Assembly: GCA_902797825.1 (NCBI GenBank)
Contig: CADBUN010000208.1
Location: forward strand, 1-49,229
Source: an uncultured Ruminococcus sp.
Lineage (GTDB): Bacteria; Bacillota; Clostridia; Oscillospirales; Acutalibacteraceae
DNA length: 49,229 bases
Direction of reading: 5' to 3'
Made by a program: the position numbers and the translations under genes. This document shows positions 1-8,687 of the stretch, in pieces. The notes under the pieces were generated by a model, which worked only from the letters and a program-made list of their open reading frames with translations, made no database searches and was not told where the DNA came from. Numbering within the stretch: position 1 is the stretch's first letter; every line of letters starts with the position of its first letter.

Positions 1-65
1 AGGCTGGCGCCTGTCAAGACTGACAACGCAGTTATGCGGAATTCTCCGCAATAGATATTAAAGTG

Positions 66-84
66 TTTTATTGCTACTTAGTAT
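66..84. repeat. 19-bp exact direct repeat, copy 1 (TTTTATTGCTACTTAGTAT)
   Basis: Identical to 1011-1029; ends directly at the tatD RBS (GAGGT). Confidence 0.9.
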
Positions 85-95
85 GAGGTTATTTT

Positions 96-860
96 ATGCT
101 CAAAAACATCTTTGACGCGCACGCGCATTATGACGACAAATGGTTTGACGAGGACAGACGAAGTCTGCTTTCTTCTCTTCCTCAACACGGCGTATCCTAT
201 GTCGTGAACGCCGCTGTCGATTTAGCAACCGCCAAAACCGCCATCGGCTATACCACGCAATATCCGTTTATGTATGCCTGTGCCGGGATCCATCCCGAGA
301 ATCTGGAGGGACTTGCGCCGGATTACCTCGCGCAATTGACGGAGTTGTTAAAGCACCCGAAGGTGGTGGCGCTCGGCGAGATCGGGCTGGACTATCACTG
401 GGATATCCCGAAGGAGGAACAGCACCGGGTGTTTGAAGCCCAATTACAGCTTGCAAAGGAGCTGGACGTCCCCGTCGTCATCCACGACCGAGAAGCCCAC
501 GGCGACGTGATGGCGCTCGTCAGACAATATCGTCCCCGGGGACTGATGCACTGTTATTCGGGAAGCGTCGAAATGCTCAGGGAGGTATTGCGGCTCGGCA
601 TGAGCATCTCCCTCGGCGGCACGGTCACCTTCAAGAACGCGCGCGTCCCCGTTGAGGTCGCTCAGGCGGTACCGCTCGACCGTCTCCTGCTCGAGACCGA
701 CGCGCCCTATCTCAGCCCTGTCCCGAATCGCGGCAAGCGCAACGACAGCACTAACATCGCCTATACCGCCCAAAGGATCGCCGACTTGCGCCATATGGAC
801 GCGCAGGAGCTGATCGACATCACCACCGAAAACGCCAAGCGGCTGTATGGGATCAGCTGA
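96..860 (+). CDS. tatD: TatD family metal-dependent DNase
   Basis: DAHAH, GIHP, GEIGLDY, IHDREA, HCYSG, ETDAPYL motifs; RBS GAGGT. Confidence 0.95.
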   Translation: MLKNIFDAHAHYDDKWFDEDRRSLLSSLPQHGVSYVVNAAVDLATAKTAIGYTTQYPFMYACAGIHPENLEGLAPDYLAQLTELLKHPKVVALGEIGLDYHWDIPKEEQHRVFEAQLQLAKELDVPVVIHDREAHGDVMALVRQYRPRGLMHCYSGSVEMLREVLRLGMSISLGGTVTFKNARVPVEVAQAVPLDRLLLETDAPYLSPVPNRGKRNDSTNIAYTAQRIADLRHMDAQELIDITTENAKRLYGIS

Positions 861-890
861 AGAAGCCTGCTGCGGGATCAAATAAGAAAG

Positions 891-913
891 CCTGCCGTCT
901 TGACAACGGCAGG
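891..913. terminator. Hairpin after tatD with the next -35 box in its loop
   Basis: CCTGCCGT-cttgaca-ACGGCAGG perfect 8-bp stem; no U-tract on +. Confidence 0.45.
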
Positions 914-927
914 AAATATGCTATAAT
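900..927 (+). promoter_or_regulatory. SigA promoter of a small RNA
   Basis: TTGACA-16 nt-TATAAT with extended -10 TG. Confidence 0.8.
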
Positions 928-932
928 ATAGA

Positions 933-1014
933 TACAAGGAGCTATCCGACAGACGGTTAGCCCAACGTGTAAGTTAAAATAACCGACCTATTGGACGTGG
1001 GGCGGTTATTTTTT
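933..1014 (+). ncRNA. Putative ~80-nt sRNA, type I antitoxin-like
   Basis: Consensus promoter, no ORF, 5' hairpin GGAGCTATCCG-acaga-CGGTTAGCCC, terminator AAAATAACCG...CGGTTATTTT plus U-tract. Confidence 0.6.
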
Positions 1015-1029
1015 ATTGCTACTTAGTAT
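1011..1029. repeat. 19-bp exact direct repeat, copy 2
   Basis: Identical to 66-84. Confidence 0.9.
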
Positions 1030-1159
1030 TACCGTTCAAAAACGGCTTAAAACCTGAACGCACCACCCTGTCAACATCGCTTGACGCAGGTGGTGCTTGC
1101 TTTTTATCCGCGGCGGTCGTATGATGAGGGTGATCAAAGCAACCGAAAGGATTGATAAC

Positions 1160-1465
1160 ATGGAACATAACGAGCCCGACTTCATGAAGAACCGGCCCCC
1201 GGCAGGCGCGGCGAATCAGATCAAGGACGTCTACAGCTCTCAAAAGCCCTCTACGCGCATCACGATAACAGCGGTATTGATCGTGCTCGACATGATCCTG
1301 CTGATCATCGGGCTGATCACGGGCAACTGGTTTTTGACCGTCATCTTCGCCCCCTTGCTGGTGGTATTCATCCTGTCGATGATCATCGCGAAACGGGCTG
1401 ACAGACAGAATACGCCTCCGCCAACGAATGACACATCAGAAGCGATCTTCAAGGATCACGAATAG
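1160..1465 (+). CDS. Small membrane protein with 2 TM helices
   Basis: Hydrophobic hairpin; start moved to ATG 1160 (AAAGGA RBS; TTGCTT-17-TATGAT promoter upstream). Confidence 0.7.
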   Translation: MEHNEPDFMKNRPPAGAANQIKDVYSSQKPSTRITITAVLIVLDMILLIIGLITGNWFLTVIFAPLLVVFILSMIIAKRADRQNTPPPTNDTSEAIFKDHE

Positions 1466-1480
1466 AAAGGAAGGATCAAT

Positions 1481-2323
1481 ATGGCAGAATTCGGCGAAAA
1501 CATCCGCAAGGCGAGAGAAGCCCTGGGGATCACCCAACAAACGCTCGCAGACCGGCTCTACGTCTCGCGTCAGGCGGTATCGCGGTGGGAGAACGGCTCG
1601 CGCTATCCCGACCTGTTGACCGCCAAGGCGCTCGCCAAATCGCTTGATACCACGCTTGACGACCTGCTCATGGACGACGATATGCGCACCTACCCCGAGG
1701 TCAACCCCGTGATCGAATATCCGCTGACGAAACGGATACAGACGGCATTGTTTGCGGCAGCGTTCGCAATCAATTTGATATTGATGATATGGTACTTTTT
1801 CTATAATATCACGGATATACGAGCGTTCGGTATAGGACATGAGTTTGTTCTGCGAATCGCCTACTTCTCGGGCTATATCATAATCGTCTCCGTATTACTA
1901 TACGGTGTGGTAAAATCGATCAAAGATACGGTCAACCCAAAAGCTGCTGCGTGTATCATGACAACGATCGTGAGTGTAGACTTCGTCAGTAATGTATTTT
2001 TTGAGCTTCTGACAGATTCTCCCTCGTGGTTCGGACTGCTGAACTACGCCCTGATCGATATTCTTTTTATCGTATCGGTGCTGAGATTCTATTTCTCTAA
2101 AAAGCTGTACCGCCCAATCGCTATTTATGTACTGACCGGTTTAGTGGCTGCACTCAATCTGGCGTCCTATATATATAATTTGATCTCTGTGATTGGAACG
2201 GCTGATCTACGTAAATTTTTGACCAACGGTACACTCAAACTGGCGGCAGTGCTGATGATCGAGATATTGTTCATCTACATGACAGCGGTATTGTATCGAA
2301 AGAGAAAGCTGGCGAAAGGGTGA
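1481..2323 (+). CDS. XRE-family HTH protein with multi-TM C-terminus
   Basis: TQQTLADRLYVSRQAVSRWENG..PD motif followed by ~6 hydrophobic segments. Confidence 0.85.
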   Translation: MAEFGENIRKAREALGITQQTLADRLYVSRQAVSRWENGSRYPDLLTAKALAKSLDTTLDDLLMDDDMRTYPEVNPVIEYPLTKRIQTALFAAAFAINLILMIWYFFYNITDIRAFGIGHEFVLRIAYFSGYIIIVSVLLYGVVKSIKDTVNPKAAACIMTTIVSVDFVSNVFFELLTDSPSWFGLLNYALIDILFIVSVLRFYFSKKLYRPIAIYVLTGLVAALNLASYIYNLISVIGTADLRKFLTNGTLKLAAVLMIEILFIYMTAVLYRKRKLAKG

Positions 2324-2336
2324 TAGCCTCCCCCGT

Positions 2337-2373
2337 AAAAAGGAGCACGACGTGATTGGCGCCGTGCTCCTTT
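2337..2373. terminator. Bidirectional intrinsic terminator
   Basis: AAAGGAGCACG...CGTGCTCCTTT between convergent genes. Confidence 0.8.
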
Positions 2374-2376
2374 GCG

Positions 2377-3330
2377 TTATCGGGATTTTCTGAGTTTGAC
2401 AAGAAGGTCGATGTACAACAATACCGGCATCGCAATCATCAGCCAGTCGGCGACGGACAGCATGATTCCCGCGATGAAAGCGCCTGCGGTCGCGCTTGAG
2501 CCGGAGGCGAAGGAGGTAACTTCATCCCCCGGCGCGACGGCGAACGTCAGGCTGTCGCGCCAGATCAGCGCGATGATGGTCGCGGCGATGCCGAGCCCTC
2601 CGACCGTGAGCGCGGTGATAGCGAGCGGCTTGCTCGGCGTAATCCCCCGCTTCTTCAGCCGGCGGCGATACCACAGCAAAACCCCTGTCAGCGCCGCGAC
2701 AAAGATGCAGCCGTATACCTGTCGCGGTACAATGAAGCCGAACGAGAGAATCTCGGGAGCGGTCTTCATAAAAATGACCGCGTATACGAGGATCGCCGCG
2801 CCGGTCAAGCGCACATTAAGGGCATAGACCGCGTCGGGCATATGCGGCTTGAAGGCGCCGGCGAAGCGCACCTTGGCGATGATGACCGCGAAAAGCCCGA
2901 CAAAGATCGCGATGATGCCGACGAAGGCGAAGATGTCGGCGGTCGCGCCCTTGGCAGTATTGTAGTAGTCAACGTCGATCAAGCTCGGCGTGAGGTATCC
3001 GACAGAGCCGAAGTAACGGTATAACAGCGAACCCAGTAAGCTGATCAAGGCGCCGGCGATCATCCATATTTGAAAGTCGAGGATGGCTTTTCGATCATCA
3101 ATCCTTGGCGCAGGTTCTTCCGATACGGGCTTTTCGACGCCGTACAGCTCGTCGATGGTTACGCCGAACACCGCGGCGAGCTGCGGTATCAAGGAAGCCT
3201 CGGGCAGCTGCACGCCGCTCTCCCATCGGGAGACGGTCTTGTCGGAGATCTCGAGCTTTTCGGCAAGCTCCTTCTGCGTCAGTCCCTGCGCCTTGCGAAG
3301 GGCGCGGATATTCTCACACAATATGTTCAT
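2377..3330 (-). CDS. XRE-family HTH protein with multi-TM C-terminus
   Basis: LTQKELAEKLEISDKTVSRWESG motif; several TM segments; AAGGAG RBS before ATG 3330. Confidence 0.85.
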   Translation of the reverse strand: MNILCENIRALRKAQGLTQKELAEKLEISDKTVSRWESGVQLPEASLIPQLAAVFGVTIDELYGVEKPVSEEPAPRIDDRKAILDFQIWMIAGALISLLGSLLYRYFGSVGYLTPSLIDVDYYNTAKGATADIFAFVGIIAIFVGLFAVIIAKVRFAGAFKPHMPDAVYALNVRLTGAAILVYAVIFMKTAPEILSFGFIVPRQVYGCIFVAALTGVLLWYRRRLKKRGITPSKPLAITALTVGGLGIAATIIALIWRDSLTFAVAPGDEVTSFASGSSATAGAFIAGIMLSVADWLMIAMPVLLYIDLLVKLRKSR

Positions 3331-3433
3331 ATGCTTCACTCCTTTGCGCTGATGATACCAAAGCAGGCAAAAAAAGTAAACGTCGTGTTCGCTGAAAAGA
3401 CTCTCAAAATCTGAGAATCGCGATGATTATGCA

Positions 3434-3460
3434 GAAAAAGAGCGCTATTACAGCGCTCTA
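3434..3460 (-). terminator. Intrinsic terminator of xth
   Basis: AGAGCGCT-5 nt-AGCGCTCT followed by TTTT on the minus strand. Confidence 0.75.
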
Positions 3461-3465
3461 TCATA

Positions 3466-4224
3466 TTATACAAAGCTGATATCCAACTCTACGGGACAGT
3501 GATCCGAGCCGAAGATATCGGTATGGATCGCCGCATCCTCGACCTTGTCCATGATACGGTCGGACACGATGAAATAGTCGATCCGCCATCCGGCGTTATT
3601 GGCGCGCGCGTTGAAGCGGTAGCTCCACCAGGAGTAGACGCCCTCGGTATCGGGGTTGAGGCTGCGCCATGTATCGGTAAAGCCCGAGGACAGAACGACG
3701 GTCATCTTGCCGCGTTCTTCATCTGTGAAGCCGGCGTTCTTGCGGTTCGACTTCGGGTTTTTCAGGTCGATCTCCTGATGCGCGACGTTGAGGTCGCCGC
3801 AGTAGATCACGGGCTTCTTCTCGTCGAGCGAGCGGATATAGGCGAGGAAATCATCCTCCCACTGCATCCGGTAATCGAGCCGCCTGAGCTCGTTCTGGCT
3901 GTTCGGGGTATAGACGGTGACGAGGTAAAAATCCGCGTACTCCAGCGTAATGACGCGCCCCTCGTGATCGTGCTCCTCGATTCCCAGACCGTAGCTGACC
4001 GAAAGCGGCGTGTGCTTCGTGAAGATCGCCGTACCGGAATAGCCCTTCTTTTCGGCATAGTTCCAGTAGCTTTCATAGCCGTCAAAGGACAGGTCGATCT
4101 GTCCCTCCTGGAGCTTCGTCTCCTGTAAACAGAAGAAGTCCGCGTCCAGCTCGGCAAAGATCTCCTTGAAGCCTTTATTGACCACGGCGCGTAAGCCGTT
4201 GACGTTCCATGAGATAAATTTCAT
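3466..4224 (-). CDS. xth: Exodeoxyribonuclease III / AP endonuclease (ExoA)
   Basis: [40 protein letters not shown]. Confidence 0.96.
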   Translation of the reverse strand: MKFISWNVNGLRAVVNKGFKEIFAELDADFFCLQETKLQEGQIDLSFDGYESYWNYAEKKGYSGTAIFTKHTPLSVSYGLGIEEHDHEGRVITLEYADFYLVTVYTPNSQNELRRLDYRMQWEDDFLAYIRSLDEKKPVIYCGDLNVAHQEIDLKNPKSNRKNAGFTDEERGKMTVVLSSGFTDTWRSLNPDTEGVYSWWSYRFNARANNAGWRIDYFIVSDRIMDKVEDAAIHTDIFGSDHCPVELDISFV

Positions 4225-4250
4225 CAGTAATCCTCCATATGATAATGAGG

Positions 4251-4268
4251 AATTAGGAATTCCTAATT
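4251..4268. repeat. 18-bp perfect palindrome built from AGGAATT heptamers
   Basis: AATTAGGAATTCCTAATT overlapping the murF stop. Confidence 0.6.
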
Positions 4269-5601
4269 AGGAAAGCGCTTCTACGATTTTTTCGAACTGC
4301 ATACTGTGAGACGCCTTGACCAACACGGTATCGCCGCTCCGGATCAGATCCTTGATCTGATCCATACAGCTGTCCACATCGGCGAAGTAGTAGGCGCCGT
4401 TGCCGTAGCCCTCGGCGGTCGCCTCAGAGAGCGGTCCGACCGCGATCAGGCGGTCGATCCCGTTTGCCTTGGCATAGGCGCCGACCTCGCGGTGAAGCGC
4501 GAGCTCATCCGCGCCCAGCTCCTTCATATCGCCCAGCACGGCGACCTTGCGCCCGCTGAGCCGGCTCAGGGTATCCAACCCTGCCTTGGTCGAGGTCGGG
4601 TTCGCGTTATAACAGTCGTCGATGATCGTATAGTCATCCGTTTTGATCACGCGGTTACGGGAGCCGACGTTTTGAAAACGCTCCAGACCGCGTTTGATTT
4701 CCTCGGCGGTCAGTCCCAGCTTGGTTCCCACCGCCATCGCGCACAGCGCGTTGAGGACGTTATGACGTCCCATCGTGGGGATGGTCACGTCGATCCTTGT
4801 GTCTCCGTGGATCAGGCGGCAGGCGATTCCCTGAAGCCCCTGTTCGGTGATGCCTTCGGCGCGGTATTCATCCTCGCCGGTGCCGTAAAAGACCGGGCGA
4901 ATTCCGTGATAATCGGTGACGGTCCTCAGCTTGTCGTCGTCGTGACACAGGATGATGGCGCCGCCGGGCTTGAGATAGGTGAACATCTCGGTTTTGGCGC
5001 GCAGCACGCCGTCACGGTCGCCGAGATTCTCGAGGTGACAGTAGCCGATATTGGTGATGACCGCGATATCGGGACGCACCATCTTCGCCAGCCGCGTCAT
5101 CTCGCCGAAGCCGGAGATACCCATCTCGATGACGGCGACCTCGTGCTCCTCCTCCAGCCCAAAGAGCGTGATCGGCACGCCGAGCTCGTTGTTGAAGTTG
5201 CCGCCGGTTTTATGCACCTTATATTTTTGCGCCAGTACGGCGCTGATGAATTCCTTGGTTGAGGTCTTGCCGACGCTGCCGGTGACGCCGATAAACGGGA
5301 TCGTAAACAGCGAGCGATAGTATGCGGCAATCCCCTTGAGGGCGACTAAGGTCGATTCGACCAGGATATAGGCGATATCGGCGTCGGGCGCCTCTTCACA
5401 CAGGGCGCAGACCGCGCCCTGCTCCTTGGTTTTCGCGATAAAACGGTGACCGTCCGCGCGCGCGCCGCGGATCGCGGCAAACAGCGCGCCCTCGCCTGCC
5501 TTGCGGCTGTCGGTCACGATAGATGTGATCTTTTGATCGGGATCGCCGTACAGCACGCCGTGACACGCGGCGGCGACCTCGCCTAAGGTAATGGGTTTCA
5601 T
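4267..5601 (-). CDS. murF: UDP-MurNAc-tripeptide--D-Ala-D-Ala ligase
   Basis: DSR, TGSVGKTSTKE, GNFNNELG, DDCYNANP, GDMKELG, KASHSM; start moved to ATG 5601. Confidence 0.95.
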   Translation of the reverse strand: MKPITLGEVAAACHGVLYGDPDQKITSIVTDSRKAGEGALFAAIRGARADGHRFIAKTKEQGAVCALCEEAPDADIAYILVESTLVALKGIAAYYRSLFTIPFIGVTGSVGKTSTKEFISAVLAQKYKVHKTGGNFNNELGVPITLFGLEEEHEVAVIEMGISGFGEMTRLAKMVRPDIAVITNIGYCHLENLGDRDGVLRAKTEMFTYLKPGGAIILCHDDDKLRTVTDYHGIRPVFYGTGEDEYRAEGITEQGLQGIACRLIHGDTRIDVTIPTMGRHNVLNALCAMAVGTKLGLTAEEIKRGLERFQNVGSRNRVIKTDDYTIIDDCYNANPTSTKAGLDTLSRLSGRKVAVLGDMKELGADELALHREVGAYAKANGIDRLIAVGPLSEATAEGYGNGAYYFADVDSCMDQIKDLIRSGDTVLVKASHSMQFEKIVEALS

Positions 5602-5617
5602 AAGAATCCTCTCTCTC

Positions 5618-5757
5618 GTCATCCCGAGGGCATTAAGGCGATACCGCATAATTCTTAACGCACGCCTTGCTTATCCGAATCCCGCCAGGAGGAACAAGAC
5701 CGTTCCGACAAGGGGATTGTCATATCGTTGACGTCATCGCCAACGCCTCACAATGAC
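5618..5757. repeat. Degenerate palindromic REP/MITE-like intergenic element
   Basis: Ends GTCATCCCGAGG / CCTCACAATGAC (9/12 inverted match); GGGGATTGTCA...CAATGAC resembles GATTGCCACGTCG...TCGCAATGAC repeats (recalled, not searched). Confidence 0.45.
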
Positions 5758-5766
5758 CGTTCAAAT

Positions 5767-6810
5767 TCATTTTTTCAGGCTCAGCTCGATGATCTTCTCA
5801 CACAGCTCGGGATACGAGATCCCGGCGGCGGCAGCCTCCTGCGGCAGCAGGGACATCGGCGTCATACCGGGCAGGGTGTTCGCTTCCAGACAGTAGAAGC
5901 GGTTTTGATTACTGAGCAAAAAGTCAACCCTGCCGTAAACCTTCAGCCGCAGCACCTCAAAGGCGTGCTCCGCCTCGCGCTGCATCTTCTCCGCGATCTC
6001 CCGATCGAGCTCTGCAGGGCAGATCTCCTCCGTCGCGCCCTCCTGATATTTATTGGCGTAATCGTACCATCCGCTCTTGGGGATGATCTCGATCACGGGC
6101 AGCGCCTTGCCGCCCAAGATACCGACGGAGAATTCACGTCCGCGGACGAATTCTTCCACCAGCACATCGTCGTCATAGCGGAACGCCGCTCCTACCGCCG
6201 CGACAAACTGTTCCCGGTCGGCGACGATCTGTACGCCTACCGATGAGCCGGCGGAGCAGGGCTTGACAACACACGGGAAGGTGCCCCAATCATCCAGCGA
6301 CTCGTCGTCCATGAACTCGCGCTTAAAGATGCGGCTGTGCGGCGTCGGCACGCCTGCATTAAGGAATATGCCTTTCGTAATCCCCTTATGCATGGCGATC
6401 GCGGCGCCCAGCATATCGCTGCCGGTATACCGAATGCCGTTCATCTTCAGCGCCGCCTGTACGCTGCCGTCCTCTCCCTCGCCGCCGTGCAGCCCGAGGA
6501 AGGTGATATCCGCCGCGCGGCAGATATCAATCACATGATCGCCGAAATAGACCTGCGACTGATTGCGGCGGCTTTTCTTCACCGCTTCGATATCGGGCGC
6601 TTCGGTGCCGATGGCGGCATGATCGGTAAAGTCATAATTCTGTTCAAACAGGCTGTCGATATCACAGACCTCTTCTTCATATCCCATAAAGGCGTCGATC
6701 AAGACGACCTGATGCCCCCGATCGCGGAGCGCTCCGGCGATCTTGGAGCCGGACAGGATCGACACATCGCGCTCGGAGGAAAGCCCTCCGGCGAGTACAA
6801 CTATTCTCAT
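5767..6810 (-). CDS. ddl: D-alanine--D-alanine ligase
   Basis: GGLSSERDVS, LHGGEGEDG, GSSVG, YDYANKY, EANTLPGMT; GGAGG RBS before ATG 6810. Confidence 0.95.
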   Translation of the reverse strand: MRIVVLAGGLSSERDVSILSGSKIAGALRDRGHQVVLIDAFMGYEEEVCDIDSLFEQNYDFTDHAAIGTEAPDIEAVKKSRRNQSQVYFGDHVIDICRAADITFLGLHGGEGEDGSVQAALKMNGIRYTGSDMLGAAIAMHKGITKGIFLNAGVPTPHSRIFKREFMDDESLDDWGTFPCVVKPCSAGSSVGVQIVADREQFVAAVGAAFRYDDDVLVEEFVRGREFSVGILGGKALPVIEIIPKSGWYDYANKYQEGATEEICPAELDREIAEKMQREAEHAFEVLRLKVYGRVDFLLSNQNRFYCLEANTLPGMTPMSLLPQEAAAAGISYPELCEKIIELSLKK

Positions 6811-6829
6811 ATGTATTACCTCCATAAAA

Positions 6830-6849
6830 CCTTCCCCTCAAGGGGAAGG
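6830..6849. repeat. REP-like palindrome
   Basis: CCTTCCCCT-ca-AGGGGAAGG. Confidence 0.7.
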
Positions 6850-6853
6850 CTTA

Positions 6854-7195
6854 TCAAAACATAAAGCTGTTATATCCCCAGTTTTCGGTTTCTTCAAACT
6901 TGACATAAACGTTGCTGCCGTCAACGCCCATATGCTCCTTTGCGATCTCACACAGCCGCGCGGTGAGCTGCTCGTAGCTTTGGCGCGGAGCGGAATGGAG
7001 CAGGCTGACGTCAAAGAACGCGATCGGCTCGCTGTTGCTGCCGCCGAAATACAGGCGGCGCTGATCCTCGATCTCGACCATCAGGTAACGCTCGGACTTG
7101 CCGAGCAGGGTGATCGCCTCGCCGAGAGCGGTTTTGATTTCGACCTCTTTCCCGGGCGACACCGTCCCCGAGAACTTCGCGTGGATAAAAGGCAT
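6854..7195 (-). CDS. MIF/phenylpyruvate tautomerase family protein
   Basis: Pro after Met, GKSERYLMV, C-terminal VYVKF...NWG; 113 aa; RBS GGAGA. Confidence 0.85.
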   Translation of the reverse strand: MPFIHAKFSGTVSPGKEVEIKTALGEAITLLGKSERYLMVEIEDQRRLYFGGSNSEPIAFFDVSLLHSAPRQSYEQLTARLCEIAKEHMGVDGSNVYVKFEETENWGYNSFMF

Positions 7196-7264
7196 CGTAT
7201 CTCTCCTTCTTTCTCATAAAACGGAATCAGCCGGTTTATGAGGAAAAGTGTTATTAACTTTATT

Positions 7265-7293
7265 ATTATAATACGAACAGCCCGTAGAATCAA
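7265..7293 (-). promoter_or_regulatory. SigA promoter for the MIF-ddl-murF-xth run
   Basis: TTGATT-17-TATAAT on the minus strand. Confidence 0.7.
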
Positions 7294-7337
7294 CCTCAAA
7301 CCTCCCATTAATTTTGTTTTTATTTTCCTTTTGCGTA

Positions 7338-7366
7338 TTGCGAACTCAGGCAACTAATGCTATAAT
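7338..7366 (+). promoter_or_regulatory. SigA promoter of fba
   Basis: TTGCGA-17-TATAAT with extended TG. Confidence 0.75.
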
Positions 7367-7416
7367 AAACTTGATGAAGCATATTCATACTCATTTCCAT
7401 TTAAGGAGGAATTATT

Positions 7417-8283
7417 ATGCCGTTAGTAAATGCAAAAGAAATGCTCACAAAGGCGAAGGCCGGTCACTATGCTGTCGGTCAGTTTAACATCAACAACCTC
7501 GAATGGACCAAGGCGATCCTGCTGACCGCAGAAGAGCTCAAGTCCCCCGTGATCCTCGGTGTCTCCGAGGGCGCCGGTAAGTATATGTGCGGCTACAAGA
7601 CCGTTGTCGGTATGGTTACCGCGATGATCGAAGAGCTGGGTATTACCGTTCCCGTAGCGCTCCACCTCGACCACGGCTCCTATGAAGGCGCCAAGAAGTG
7701 CATCGAGGCAGGCTTCTCGTCCATCATGTTTGACGGCTCTCATTATCCGATCGAAGAGAACTTCGCCAAGACTAAGGAGCTCGTCGGTATCTGTAACGAT
7801 CTCGGTCTGTCCATCGAGGCAGAGGTCGGCTCCATCGGCGGCGAAGAGGACGGCGTTGTCGGCATGGGCGAATGCGCGGATCCCGAAGAGTGCAAGATGA
7901 TCGCCGACCTGGGCGTCACCATGCTGGCTGCCGGTATCGGCAACATCCACGGCGTCTATCCCGAGAACTGGCCGGGACTCTCCTTCGAAACCCTCGACGC
8001 TATCCAGGCTAAGACCGGCGATATGCCGCTCGTCCTGCACGGCGGTACCGGTATCCCGGATGATATGATCAAGAAGGCGATCGCCCTCGGCGTTTCCAAG
8101 ATCAACGTCAACACCGAGTGCCAGATCGTATTTGCCGAGGCTACCCGCGCTTATATCGAGGCAGGTAAGGACAAGCAGGGCAAGGGCTTCGATCCCCGTA
8201 AGCTGCTCGCGCCCGGTACCGAGGCGATTAAGGCGAAGGTCAAGGAGAAGATGGAAATCTTCGGCTCCGTCGGGAAGGCATAA
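7417..8283 (+). CDS. fba: Class II fructose-1,6-bisphosphate aldolase
   Basis: HLDHG, MFDGSH, GNIHG, LVLHGGTG, KINVNTE; biased codon use; AAGGAGG RBS. Confidence 0.97.
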   Translation: MPLVNAKEMLTKAKAGHYAVGQFNINNLEWTKAILLTAEELKSPVILGVSEGAGKYMCGYKTVVGMVTAMIEELGITVPVALHLDHGSYEGAKKCIEAGFSSIMFDGSHYPIEENFAKTKELVGICNDLGLSIEAEVGSIGGEEDGVVGMGECADPEECKMIADLGVTMLAAGIGNIHGVYPENWPGLSFETLDAIQAKTGDMPLVLHGGTGIPDDMIKKAIALGVSKINVNTECQIVFAEATRAYIEAGKDKQGKGFDPRKLLAPGTEAIKAKVKEKMEIFGSVGKA

Positions 8284-8361
8284 TCTTGTCTGCATGAGCG
8301 CTGACGCTCACCCGGTAGGTTGACCGATCTTCCTTCCGGCACAATCAATAATTGATTCAGC

Positions 8362-8396
8362 AAGACCGCTGTCCTGTTACGGACGGCGGTCTTTTT
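8362..8396 (+). terminator. Intrinsic terminator of fba
   Basis: AAGACCGCTGTCC-tgttac-GGACGGCGGTCTT-TTT. Confidence 0.85.
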
Positions 8397-8520
8397 CGAA
8401 CATTTACGGATAAAAGTTCCTTTATTTTTCTGCAAAATCATAATGAAGATTCTCCCTATATTTTGTGGTTTTCGGTTATTTTTCTCCAAAATATATTAAA
8501 AAATCCTTTAATTTCAAACG

Positions 8521-8577
8521 GGAATTAACGGTTACAAAGTGACATATTTTTTATTCCAAAAGGAATTAACCGTTAAT
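8521..8577. promoter_or_regulatory. Tandem palindromic operator-like sites
   Basis: GGAATTAACGGTTA (8521) and GGAATTAACCGTTA (8562), 13/14 identical, 41 bp apart; core ATTAAC-C-GTTAAT. Confidence 0.55.
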
Positions 8578-8687
8578 AAACTGATATGAAAATGCTGAAC
8601 CTGTAACTGGTATTTTTATCGCCGCTCTGCTACAATATAATTGTAGGAAATAAAACAACTGTTCGAATAAAGCGAGGAGATGTTAGC

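Noticed and set aside
1019-1243. 74-aa minus-strand ORF as the type I toxin
   Set aside because: Not hydrophobic, overlaps the plus-strand gene, and is in a different frame from the ILSSNKK* tail
5767-6810. ddl plus vanZ as a vancomycin-resistance system
   Set aside because: The omega loop has Tyr (YDYANKY), typical of D-Ala-D-Ala ligases; no vanH, vanX or vanRS; vanZ is 13 kb away in the glycan locus
3499-6864. Long plus-strand ORFs opposite xth, murF and ddl (e.g. 4306-5262)
   Set aside because: Antisense shadows typical of GC-rich coding DNA
7423-8295. 290-aa ORF antisense to fba
   Set aside because: Shadow of a codon-biased real gene; no RBS or recognisable motifs
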